NCBI RefSeq assembly: GCF_037042905.1
Contig: NC_087251.1
Coordinates: 25,174,001-25,238,000 of the forward strand
Direction of reading: 5' to 3'
Origin: Lytechinus pictus
Taxonomy: Eukaryota
DNA: 64,000 nucleotides
Shown here piece by piece: positions 27,501-37,762 of this stretch. Position numbers and translations under genes: made by a program. A model generated the notes under the pieces. That model was given only the letters and a program-made list of their open reading frames with translations. It made no database searches and was not told the origin of the DNA. Positions within the stretch are counted from its first letter, which is position 1, and every line of letters begins with the position of its first letter.

Positions 27501-30500
27501 TCTGCTATGCAGGTGAGACAAAAACTGAGAATATCAGTTATTTTCTTGGTAGTTTACAATCACATAAAAATATACTTACAGGGTACAGTGTACATGTATT
27601 ATGGACAACAGATAATTATTTCATGGATGCAGAAATACAAAATGTGTATTTTTCATCAACTTTTCAGGAATTTTCCCTACATACAGTAATACGATTTTAA
27701 ATTGGCTAAACGGATGTTTTTAGCTGTTGTTTAAATGAAAACTAAATACTTTAATTCAAACCTATTACATGGCCTATATAAACAGATTAAAATGGCCTAT
27801 ATAATATATCACAAGATACTTGATAAACATCAATTTTTCCGACAGTAATGTTTACCTGAACATTGTCCACTTTGAATGGGGACATCTTGCTCCCTTACAG
27901 TGCTTCAGTAGAACGTCTAATATGTTTATACTAGGGAAAGCGGCATAGAAGGGGCACTTGTAGGCTGTAACAGGGGGAAAGTCCCTGCAGTTAGCCGATG
28001 CCCCAATGGCAAGCATGTCTTGTACCAGGTCTTTTTGTCTCTCCATGACAGCCATGGTAAGTGGAGGTAGGAAATGGGGACGAGTGTTGCGCACCTTCTC
28101 TAACTGGACCGGTGGGAGCTTCCAGCCTGTGTTCACATCAAACCCATGTTCAATCAGGAACTTGACCGTTTCTCTTTGACCACCCTCTATGGCTAGATGA
28201 AGAGGTGTGTCTGGACAGTCCAGCGTTGTGTACGTATCATAATGGACTAACAGTAACTCCAGACAACTGAAAAGAATACAGATTTATTCATGACTAAACT
28301 AATTACCAGGCATAAAGTAATAACCCATTTTTAATAATAATAATAATAATAATACATGAGACTTGTATATAGTACACTTTCCATCTCGATTAGATACTCA
28401 AGGTGCTTCAGAGCAGAACAAGAACAAAAACAATTTACACATAATACATGTTTGAACAATAAGCTATGTCTGTCAAAGAGCACTCTTATACAGGTATATT
28501 TTCAGGTTGCCCCTGAAGGTGGTCACAGAAGTCTGGGTTTTCAAACTCTGTGGATGAGAATTCCACAGGTTTGGCACTGCACGTGCGAAGGCCCGTTCCC
28601 CCCATGATTTCTTAGAAACTGGAATTTGTAAGAGATTACATGATGAGGATCTTAAGGTTTTTGAGGGTTGGTAGTTATGAATCAAAGACTTATTGTAACT
28701 GAGGATGATCTCTTTAAGAATTCTTTCAGAACTGTTTTAGCATTGTCTTGGAATGAATATTAATAGTCTACCAAAGTACCACAAAAAATTTCCTTTTTAC
28801 AAACACCTAATACGTTAAGTCATTTAATAACATGTCCCACTTACTCAGTATGTCCTTTATACGCAGCAACATGAATAGGTAGATAGCCATCTTCCACCAA
28901 TATCTTGGGGCTTGCTCCCCTCTCCAAGAGCACTTTAACAATATCAACATAATTCTCCTGGGTAGCAATATATAACGGAGTGGCTTTGTCCTGAGCCTGA
29001 CTGTTGATGTTTCCTCCTGTCAATAAAAGAGGAAATATATACCAATAAGTATCAATTTTCTATTGATATATATTAAAATTTTGTCTATTTTGTTTAGTGC
29101 TTGGTCATGTCACCATTTATATGTTTCACATTGAATTTAAGGAAAAAGTAAATTATATTGATCATCAGATGATATCTCAGCTGAGGAAATCGTCATATCT
29201 CCTGGGTAGTGCTTATATAGTCCTCTATTTAAATTTGTCAATATTCTCATTAACATACGTAAGGTTTGTCCAGACATCACACAAAACAGTTCTGCAACAT
29301 TTTTTTGGTAAAGAGTCAGTGGGGTATGAGCCTATGAAGTGACACTTATAGATTGCAGAGACACAAGACTGTTATTCCTTCACCCAACTACAAAAGAATC
29401 CAGACTTTTTGCATTTACTAAGGGGAAACTCTCTACAACACACCAATTCCTTTGAAAATGCAAGTCAAATCACAATGGAGAGCTGAGAGTCTTTTGTCAA
29501 AAGTTGGTGGGCTGGGACAGCATCGGAATCTCTTGACTCTGGACAACGACATATTTGCAATTGTTCGTCTGGTGCAAATCTCTGCTGTCCCAGTCCATCA
29601 AATTTCCTTAAAAGCCTCTCTGCTCTCTCCAATGCGATTTTAATTGCAATTTCAAAGGAATTGATGCGTTGTACAGAATTTCCCGTAGTAAATGCGAGAA
29701 CAAACTAATATCAAACAAATGAACAGACAGACAGTGCAATCAGTGTCATGTCACCGATTTCTCCATGAAACTTTGGACAATTTATTCGCACTTTAGGTTT
29801 ATAATACAAAATCATCAAAAGACCAAGGCAACATGCTTCAACAAGTCTGAACACTTCAGAAAACATTGCGAAGTTTTGTCACATCATATCTGAGTGAAAG
29901 TGAAGAATGTAATCAGGATACATACCTCTATCTAGAAGCATATTGAGACAGTCTATTTTTCCATACTGAGCTGCAACAAAGACGGGCTGTATACCATGAT
30001 CATCTCTTGCTCCTATATGGGCGTTGGCATTGAGCAAGTATTCTGTGATGGCTACATTGCCTTGGCTAGCAGCCTCATGTAGAGGGGTCCAACCATTGTA
30101 GTACTTGGCATTCAGGTCAGCTCCTGCTCTGGTCAGGTGCTCAACACAACGGATATGGTTCCCACACACAGCTATTCATGTTAGAAGAGAATCAAAATAA
30201 AAATGGTAGGCCTATCTTTTTCATAATAAGAATGCTTTACTTGAATAGAATCCATCTTGCCAAAGTGAACTTTGCTGGGATTGATGAATTTAACTAACAT
30301 GAATTTGACTTACAGTTACATCGCTGAAAAAGAGAAAATGAAGGGAAATAAATTTTTGTTGACTTTTAAAGCAAAGTTGACTACTTGGGCAAATACAATA
30401 ATCAAATTACCAACAACATAATATTTTTCCTTTATATTTGTATGTTTTTTTTCTTGTGCTCATTTATCTATGCATGACTATCTTAAGTTAAATCACAATT

Positions 30501-33012
30501 ATACACAATGCTGATATGTGTTTAAGAAATGAGAATGGAGGATTGAGTCCGAGTGAGTGAAAGAAAAAAAGAAAAGAGAAATAGAGGGCTCTAAGAAATG
30601 AAGAGGAAGAAAACTCGACTCCTCAAAGGATTGGGGTAAATTAAATTGTTGTAAAGGAGCTTATAATAAGTACCTTGTAATATAGAAGAGCCATCCTCAT
30701 TATTGGGTATGTTTGGGTCTGCTTCATTCTGGAGAAGAACAGAAACCACATCATGGTGACCCGCCTTAGCAGCCAGAAACAATGGTGTTTCTCCTTCAAA
30801 CGTTCGTTGGTTGAGCTCATCTTTTACATCTAAATTTAGTAAAAGAATGGGCGATTCCATCATTCTTCATTCTATTCTAAGGACATTTGGCCTTGTTGAT
30901 AACTGTTCTCATTGAAATTCTGCACATTAATATGATTTCAAAAAACATCAAAACATAACCCCAAAGTTTGCCAAACTCAAACCTATAGTGACTCTACCCC
31001 TTTCCCAGAACAAACGGGATCCAGAATACATGTACATGTGGAATCAATGTGATGTAGTGAAGTCTCCGACTCACGACTTGTAATCAGAGGGTGGTGTGTT
31101 CACAGAAGTTGTATCCTTTGGCAATGCTTCAGTAGGACACTCTCCACCCAGGTGGTAAATAGGTGCAAAATAGGATGTGAAAGCCAATTGATTGTAATAA
31201 TAACAATAACGCAGTTCTTGTATACTACAGCGCATATCACATTATGTCATACCGTCCCTATGAGCTTTTAAAGGACTTGGATATTATAATTATTACCCTG
31301 GCTTTAGCCCCGCAGCCTTTTACAGCGCGGTGGCATTTCAAGGAATAATTTCCTGCCAGGTACCCATTCATCTCACCTGGGTTGAGTGCAGCACAATATG
31401 GATGAATTTCTTGCTGAAGGAAATTACGTCATGGCTGGGATTTGAACCCACAACCCTTTGTTTCAAAGTCAGATGACTAATCCACTGGGCCACAACGCTC
31501 CACATTGTGTGTTTATTACTTATAATTGTGCGTTTATTAAACTTAAGAAAACAAAGTCTGATGACAGACTTGGTAAATTTATCAATCAGCAAGTATAATG
31601 AGAGGAAATTGTTCTGAACAGTAGCATTATCCCGGGAGGGGGGGGGGGGGGCACTCAGTATATAATGCATAGTGGGTGTGTTTTCATCTTCATCTTATTG
31701 AGAAAAAGAACTAAGAAAGCCGCTCCGAAGCATAGCATTTTTTTCTTATCGAGAGAAAAGAAAGAAATCCGCTCCAAAGCTTCGCATATTTTTCGTTACG
31801 CCGTTCCAGTCGCATTGATCCGCCACAATGAGCTGCAATTTTGGGGATAAGCCGCCGCAGAGCGCTGTCCGACCATCGCCTCTGCGCGAGTGCACCCGGC
31901 GCCTGTGCCGCTGGGCTAGCTGCATACACGTATGTCCGTTCCATAGGGATGCACACGCAGGCGACCCGTTCCAAGGACCCCCGTTTTCACAAACATTTGT
32001 AGTTCCGAAGCCCGTTCCGAGGACCCTCCTTTTTACAATAAGTCCGCTCCAAGGCCCCCAGTTTTTGTCTCGCCCGCAGCACATACCTACCAATTTTTTG
32101 GTCGAGTACCCCCCCGGGGCATTATCACAAGTCACAACCCTAGCATACATGTATATGACGACTTTAGATAAATTCAGAGTGAAAATTGACTAATGAGCAA
32201 CTGTTGGGTCTGGGTCATCTTTCATTTCATCACACAGTATTGTATTCACTCTTTTCTAAGAATCCCTTTAAATGCCATGCTCACAGATTACATTCTATTT
32301 AACCCTACACCCACTGAAGAAATACAATCATACACTCAACATTCCAAAGCTCAAACTTTTTATACATATAAAGTTTCTGATCTATCAAAAGTTCCAGAAC
32401 GGTTAAAAATGACTCGACATAACAGATTGACATTATTCTTAGAACTTCCTCCTGTAAAAGTACAGACTGCTGTTGGCATATTATCATACTAGTTGTGGTT
32501 GTCAAATGCCCAGATGAATAGTAGCAGTAAAAATCTCTACAAAACTATATGTGGCTAAAAATAAGAGACCTTAATGAAGCCTCCTTTGCTGCACCTTCTG
32601 CTTTAAAGACAAGAGAGAGGTGCTAGATGGACTATGGACTTTGCTGGGAGTGAGTTCCATATTATGATAGCATCAGGAAAGAATGTCTTTTGATATATTC
32701 ATTGAAATGAGATAAACTGATGTACAATATAATTTCTTATTCAATTCAAAGTATTGTCATGACAACATTATGGAAGAACCTGATTTAATAATATATTTCC
32801 ATACCTTCTTCATCAAAGTGATTAACAAGCATCTGAAGACACTGCACATTGCCTGCTGCTGCAGCTTCATGGATAGGTCTCCAGCCTCTGTTGTCCGGTA
32901 CATCCAAAGGTTTCCCTTGTCGAATCAGGGTCAGTAATCCAGATTTATTTCCTGCTCTGATTGCCAATGTCACACTGGAAAAGGTGTCTGGGTAAGTCTC
33001 TGTGAAATCCAT
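24547..33012 (-). CDS. ASB3: Ankyrin repeat and SOCS box protein 3-like, 7 coding exons, 520 aa
   Basis: Exons: 32805-33012, 30674-30829, 29926-30171, 28845-29016, 27856-28266, 25240-25472, 24547-24683 (1563 nt incl. TGA); GT-AG, phases consistent. N-terminus MDFTETYPDT..DVPDNRGWRPIHEAA resembles vertebrate ASB3 (MDFTEAY..DNRGWMPIHEAA). Ankyrin repeats include GETPLFLAA, GWTPLHEAA, ATPLYIAT, DTPLHLAI. C-terminal SOCS box PRSLMHLSRMVVR..LPIPNIIQDYLL. An in-frame ATG at 33030 could add 6 aa. Confidence 0.92.
25613..25844. mobile_element. PIF/Harbinger-like MITE, family B copy 2
   Basis: CTG|GGCCCTGTCTTACGAAGAGTTG...CTCTTTGTAAGACGGGGCC|CTG. Confidence 0.85.
26421..27520 (+). mobile_element. Helentron-associated (HINE-like) element with internal ~150-190 bp tandem array, family C copy 1
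   Basis: Subterminal IR GTCTCACCTGCAT (26442-26454) / ATGCAGGTGAGAC (27507-27519); AAGTTCATTGACC recurs at about 26615, 26778, 26930, 27093 and 27286; (GCC)n stretch and terminal hairpin. Homologues at 52596-53415 and 60540-60817. Confidence 0.8.
28332..28700 (-). mobile_element. 5'-truncated L2/CR1-clade LINE fragment
   Basis: Minus-strand translation YQPSKTLRSS..WGERAFARAVPNLWNSHPQSLK..FRGNLKIYLY matches the typical C-terminus of L2/CR1 ORF2; followed by a 3' UTR and a (TTA)n tail at 28332-28354. Confidence 0.8.
31050..31185 (+). mobile_element. Degenerate tRNA-derived SINE fragment
   Basis: Contains GTATCCTTTGGCAA..CACTCTCCACCCAGGTGGTAAATAGGT, the same type of core as the adjacent minus-strand SINE. 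Confidence 0.5.
31196..31502 (-). mobile_element. Full-length tRNA-derived SINE
   Basis: Minus strand: A box GTGGCCCAGTGG, B box GGTTCAAATCCC, core GCACTCAACCCAGGTGAGATGAATGGGTACC, (TTA/TTG) tail. Confidence 0.85.
31631..32118. mobile_element. Unclassified non-autonomous element with CCCGGG termini
   Basis: GCATTAT|CCCGGGAGGGG..GCACTC...GAGTACCCCCCCGGG|GCATTAT; 7-8 bp TSD; GC-rich interior. Confidence 0.8.
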
Positions 33013-33747
33013 TGTCAAGGCCAAGATCATCTACATGTATAAGATTTCCTGCATATGAAAAAAAGGTAGAATTTTTTTATCAGCCTAGGGGACATTCAGC
33101 AACATCAGCTCAGCAAATGTTTCAACTTTCAAAGTTATAAGGAAATTGTTGGCCATGAAAAACACAACAAATTTGTACAGTAGTAGATCTATATAAAAAT
33201 ACAGATGGGGCCCTAAAGCAACGTGGGTCCTAAGACTATGCACCACTCATCATGCATGCAGTTTTTAATGGCAAATGCACACTCTGTGTGTGGAACTGTG
33301 ACTGCACTGCCTGCAGAGTGACAAACGATTTCTATTCATTTTTTTCTAGAGGCTTCAGTGAATCTCTAAATGAAGAGAAAACCCACAACTGCTTGGAATT
33401 TTGGATTATATTCGCTGCAATTTCATATTATCCTATAATAATATGAACATATTTTAGAAATTGAGGCACAGGAAATACTAATTTTTTGCATGATAACTCG
33501 AGTGCGTATCTTTAGGACACCTTCTACATCGGGCGGCAAAATCAAGAGGTGTTTTGAAAACATGTTCGGATTTTCGTATTATATTAGTGAGTATTGTGAT
33601 ATTTTCTTCTTGGTTAATGATTTTTAGAATGTTTGCCACAAATAAGTGAAAGATAATTTGTAAAAATATTAAAATTGGCATAGTTATTGTTTGTATTACA
33701 AAGTGCGTAGCTTTAGGTCCCCCCATCATACATTTGAAATAGCTATG

Positions 33748-33960
33748 CAGCCCCCAAGTCAGTTCTTATTTTCATCAATTGTTCATGATTTAATAATCAT
33801 CATCACAATTGAGGCACAAATCATTATCATCAGTCACTACTTTCATCACCACAATTATCATTATCATCACTAGTGTCACTGTCATCATCATCATCATCAA
33901 TCAATCAATCAATCCAATCATCATGATCACCATCATCATCACCATCACTTATCATCATTG

Positions 33961-33991
<31 letters not shown>

Positions 33992-34628
33992 CATCATCAT
34001 GACATCACCATCATCATCATGAATCATCATCTTCACTCAACTCATTATCAACAGCATCATCAACATCATCAGTCATCATCGTCACCATTCAAGTTCAATT
34101 CAAGAACATGACAGATCATTTTTTAATCAATATTAATCATCCTCATTATCAGGGCGTGAACCACCAATCGTCACTCAATCAGCCCCCAAGTCAGTTCTTA
34201 TTTTCATCAATTGTTCATGATTTCATAATCATCATCACAATTGAGGCAGAAATCATTATCATCAGTCACTATCATCACCATAATTATCATCATTATCATG
34301 ATCACTGTCATCATCATCATCAATAATCAATCAAATCATGATCACCATCGTGCATCATCACCATCACAAATTATCATATCATTGTCATCGCCGTCGTCAT
34401 TGTCATCGATCATCATCATCATCATCATTCATCATCATCTTTACTCAACTCATCATCAACAACAGTCAACGGCATCATCATCTGACATCAACATTAACAA
34501 CAACATCAGCCATCATCGTCACCATTCAAGTTCAATTCAGGAACATGACAAATCATTTTTTAATCAATAATATTAATCATCCTCATTATCAAGGCATGCT
34601 TAACCACCAATTGATCATCACTCAATCA
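33748..34628. repeat. Tandem duplication (~432-bp period) containing (CAT)n microsatellite
   Basis: CAGCCCCCAAGTCAGTTCTTATTTTCATCAATTGTTCATGATTT starts at 33748 and 34180; both units end ..ATTAATCATCCTCATTATCA..ACCACCAAT..TCACTCAATC. Confidence 0.9.
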
Positions 34629-34971
34629 ATTCCTCCTCGGGTGGTTCCTATTAATAGGGACGTTGAGGAGTATAATCAAGAAGAAGAATTCAGCTCCATG
34701 TGTCTGATTGTGCAGTGACACACTCGCTTGCACTGTGACTGTGAGTGTGAGCGTGTCTACACAGCAGGGAAGTCCATGCAGTGATGCACGGGCGGAGAGC
34801 AACGACAAAGACGGAGCCAGTCAGCCAGGCCAAGCCACAGCTAGCTGGCCTGGCGGAGTTTTCAGCGCCCGGCTTCTCCATCGGGGCTCGGGGGCTGAAC
34901 TTCTGAAGCCCCAAAGCAAGCACTTATTACGTCAAACCAGCAATAATTATGCACAAGCAAATACAATTTAC

Positions 34972-35110
34972 CTCTAAATTCGGTCTAACTCAAAGGTAAG
35001 CCACTATATCAGCTCCGGATCAGCTCACTTTCCCTTTCACACCATATTTAGAGCCGGAAGAAGAACGCAAATCAAAACAAAGTTATTCGCTCTCGATCTC
35101 CGCGATAGCT
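34972..35110 (-). promoter_or_regulatory. Candidate non-coding first exon / promoter of ASB3
   Basis: The ATG exon of ASB3 begins at a splice acceptor (ttcatatgcag, boundary 33048), so an upstream exon must exist. The CpG-richer zone 34700-35240 has a good minus-strand donor AG|GTAAAT at 34972/34971 and an ETS-like CCGGAAG near 35054. The 5' end is approximate. Confidence 0.45.
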
Positions 35111-35800
35111 AGCTAGCTCTGGCCAGTCCCTGAATTAACTGAAGTAAGAGATAATTATTTTTAAAGACCGTTGCTTTCGCTATCCAGTCCTCGTCACGAA
35201 AATTTAGAATATCTGTGCACCTTCCCGGGCACCTTCCCCCAAAGAATTAAGAACATACATCATTTACATTATGTAGTGTAAATTAGATCGATGGCGCACC
35301 CAAGGTGAATGTACAACTTTCAAATTTGACCAAAGAATTTTGTTGCAGAGATTGCTAAGGCTCAGTATATAGATATAAGCACAAAAAGGGAATTAAATAG
35401 GAATGCCCCCGCCCTTCGGAGAAGAGCAGAATTTTCATAATTGTTTCATTTTAAAAGAACATTTGTAAAACCAAGGAGCAAGCTCCTTGGTAAAACTTTA
35501 TCTATGCTGTCGCAATCCCGAATTATAATGTGGGGACATCTTTTCATGGTGAATTGTCGTAATCATCTCTGGAGTGCAAGGTCACCAGTCTTCGCGAGTA
35601 AATTGTTTCGTTATAAATCGTGGGAACAAGTAACTCGTGAGAGTAAGAAAAAAAACCTGTCATAAATGAACTTATGGGCTCCGTAGAATGCAGCCAATGG
35701 ATGGAATCTGAAGAAACTTAAATTTTTTTATATGTTTTTTTTAAATATGTTTATAAAAAGGAGGAGTCTCAATAACACATCAACGCCATGAACTTTATTA

Positions 35801-35881
35801 TATAGTTATAACTTTTCATCTATTCTTTTTCTTTCTCCAACTTTATAGTTATAACTTTTCATCTATTCTTTTTCTTTCTCC
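35801..35881. repeat. Short tandem duplication (43-bp period)
   Basis: TATAGTTATAACTTTTCATCTATTCTTTTTCTTTCTCC at 35801 and 35844. Confidence 0.9.
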
Positions 35882-36155
35882 TCCCTTAAAATTGCCAGCC
35901 AATTAAACTACGTACGTGCCTAGTTCCGCCAAAGGGATGCACTTAAAAAGTTCTTTGTTTGTCAAAAACATGTTCCTTTATCTTGGACATACACCCCATA
36001 CATCCCAAAGATTTTCCTGGGGGTGCTGCATGCGTATAATCATTCTCTCTGGGAATTCTGGTAGGTCTGTGCACGGAAAACCCAGAAAATGTGAAAAATG
36101 TAACCAAAATGACATCACGTACGTTATTTTGATGATGATGATGATGTGATGATGA

Positions 36156-36186
36156 CATAGAGATGTATACTAATTATATCTCTATG
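36156..36186. mobile_element. 31-bp CATAG...CTATG micro-element / possible excision footprint
   Basis: GATGATGA|CATAGAGATGTATACTAATTATATCTCTATG|GATGATGA; first 21 bp identical to 44976-44996. Confidence 0.7.
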
Positions 36187-36221
36187 GATGATGATGATCA
36201 TTTAAATTACTTAACTCTATT

Positions 36222-36376
36222 CAGGGGCCGCGGAAGCGGGGGGGGGGGGCTTCGATCAGCCCCCCACACTTTTCCTAATCCATGTACAAAAACGCAAAAA
36301 TGACCATACGATTGTGATTTTTTACATGGTCAGCCCCCCCCCCCCCCCCACTTTGAAAACCGTTCTGTGGCCTCTG
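36222..36376. mobile_element. Small CAGGGG MITE
   Basis: CAGGGGCCGCGGAA / TTCTGTGGCCTCTG imperfect TIRs with poly-G and poly-C arms. Confidence 0.6.
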
Positions 36377-36399
36377 CTATTATCTATAGAAAATGATGA

Positions 36400-36487
36400 C
36401 AAACCACTTGCACTTCTAATTTTGTATTTGATTGGCTGGTACGGTACGCGCGCGTAGAAGCAAGACGAGGTACGGTACCGTCGACAG
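36400..36487 (+). promoter_or_regulatory. Candidate SDCCAG8 core promoter upstream of the TIR insertion
   Basis: GATTGGCT (reverse CCAAT box) at about 36430 followed by CpG-rich GTACGCGCGCGTAG. Without the 36488-37672 insertion this would lie about 140 bp from the ATG. Confidence 0.35.
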
Positions 36488-37672
36488 CAACGAACGTAGA
36501 GGGCAGCAACACACAAGCGTGTTGCTCTAAGGAAGGTCAACTCCGCTCGAATTTTGTGACCACTCTAAAAAATAAGGTGGGGTTTTGGGAAATTTGTCGA
36601 GTTGATTTTTTTTCATTTGTTAATTTCAAATATTTTTTAATGAACAATTATTAGATCGGTTATTCTGGGTATAAATAGTAAAAATATTACTTTTATTTTT
36701 AAAGAAAATATTTAGCTTAAATAATCATGATTTTGACATTTTTCCTCATTTTGGAATATTAAGCCTGTGACGAGGATACCTCATATCTCTTATTTTCTTC
36801 TGCTGAATTTCGCTGCACCACTAATAAATGCATAGACAACCACCGTAATAATCGAGGTCATTTTTCTGGCCTGGGTGCGCCGAGTCTGGGCCGGTCGCGC
36901 AGCTAGCTAGTGACCGTGATGATGCGCTGGGGCTTCAGGCGACTCGTCATAGATCTAGCAACTTAGACAATGACGTCTAATTTGCCTGGCCTGATTTGAA
37001 GTGTAATGGCTTCAGGGCTGATGTTTATCAACGATGATTGTTCAAGGTTAGATTTCAAATTTTAAATGTCATTTGACTTTTAAGTCTATAAATCTGAAAT
37101 AAAGGCGCTGTATCCCCGAAATCCGGGTCTAAATTTCAACTCTGAGTCCGAGACCATGGCATGGACGGCGAAAAAACAACCCATGCATCGGATGCATTGC
37201 ATTGGCTGCGCGCTGCGCTGCAGCTGCACTGTGATGATGGGTTCAGCGAAGAGCTCAGAGAAAATAAGGTGGTTATATTCAATCCCGAAATGCTTTGCGA
37301 GTGGTCACAAAATCGTCTCGACGCAAATCACCTAATACAGCCGTCTGGTGAAATCGCTGATAACAACAATCACCGATTTGGTAGTAATTTTAGTTTCCTG
37401 AAACTTATATTTGTAAAGTTTTAAATATCAAAGTATGTTTTTATATGTATGTATATTCCTCAACATATTTTTAAAGTTATCTTTGATATTGTTGTAGTCA
37501 TATTCTTCCATATTCGTTTTTTGATCGCTACTAATTTGTTGTTGTATTGGATCGGCATTTGATTTCGTTGGCATGAACAATAAAATATGCGCGCAGCTCA
37601 GCTGCATGCGCGTATCGAGTTGACCTTCCTTATAGCAACACGCTTGTGTGTTGCTGCCCTCTACGTTCGTTG
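36488..37672. mobile_element. 1185-bp non-autonomous hAT-like element with 56-bp TIRs and 8-bp TSD
   Basis: GTCGACAG at 36480-36487 and 37673-37680; TIRs 36488-36543 and 37617-37672 match at 55/56 positions; no transposase ORF. Confidence 0.92.
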
Positions 37673-37762
37673 GTCGACAGTAATTGATCGGCAACTTCAT
37701 CTAAGGTCAATATTGGAGGAGAGGCAGTTTTAAAAATTTCGATCTTAGTTTTACTTTCCATC

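Noticed and set aside
28473..28685. Additional ASB3 exon
   Set aside because: The peptide is a LINE ORF2 C-terminus, and the flanking ASB3 exons join in phase without it.
31430..31502. tRNA gene
   Set aside because: A and B boxes are present, but the sequence continues into a SINE body and tail with no CCA-type end or poly-T terminator; a related copy lies near 50040-50100.
31711..32193. Overlapping 87-134 aa ORFs
   Set aside because: They arise from the GC-rich interior of a non-autonomous element; no recognisable domain or splice structure.
33691..34718. Cluster of His/Ile/Ser-rich ORFs
   Set aside because: All are frames of the duplicated CAT microsatellite.
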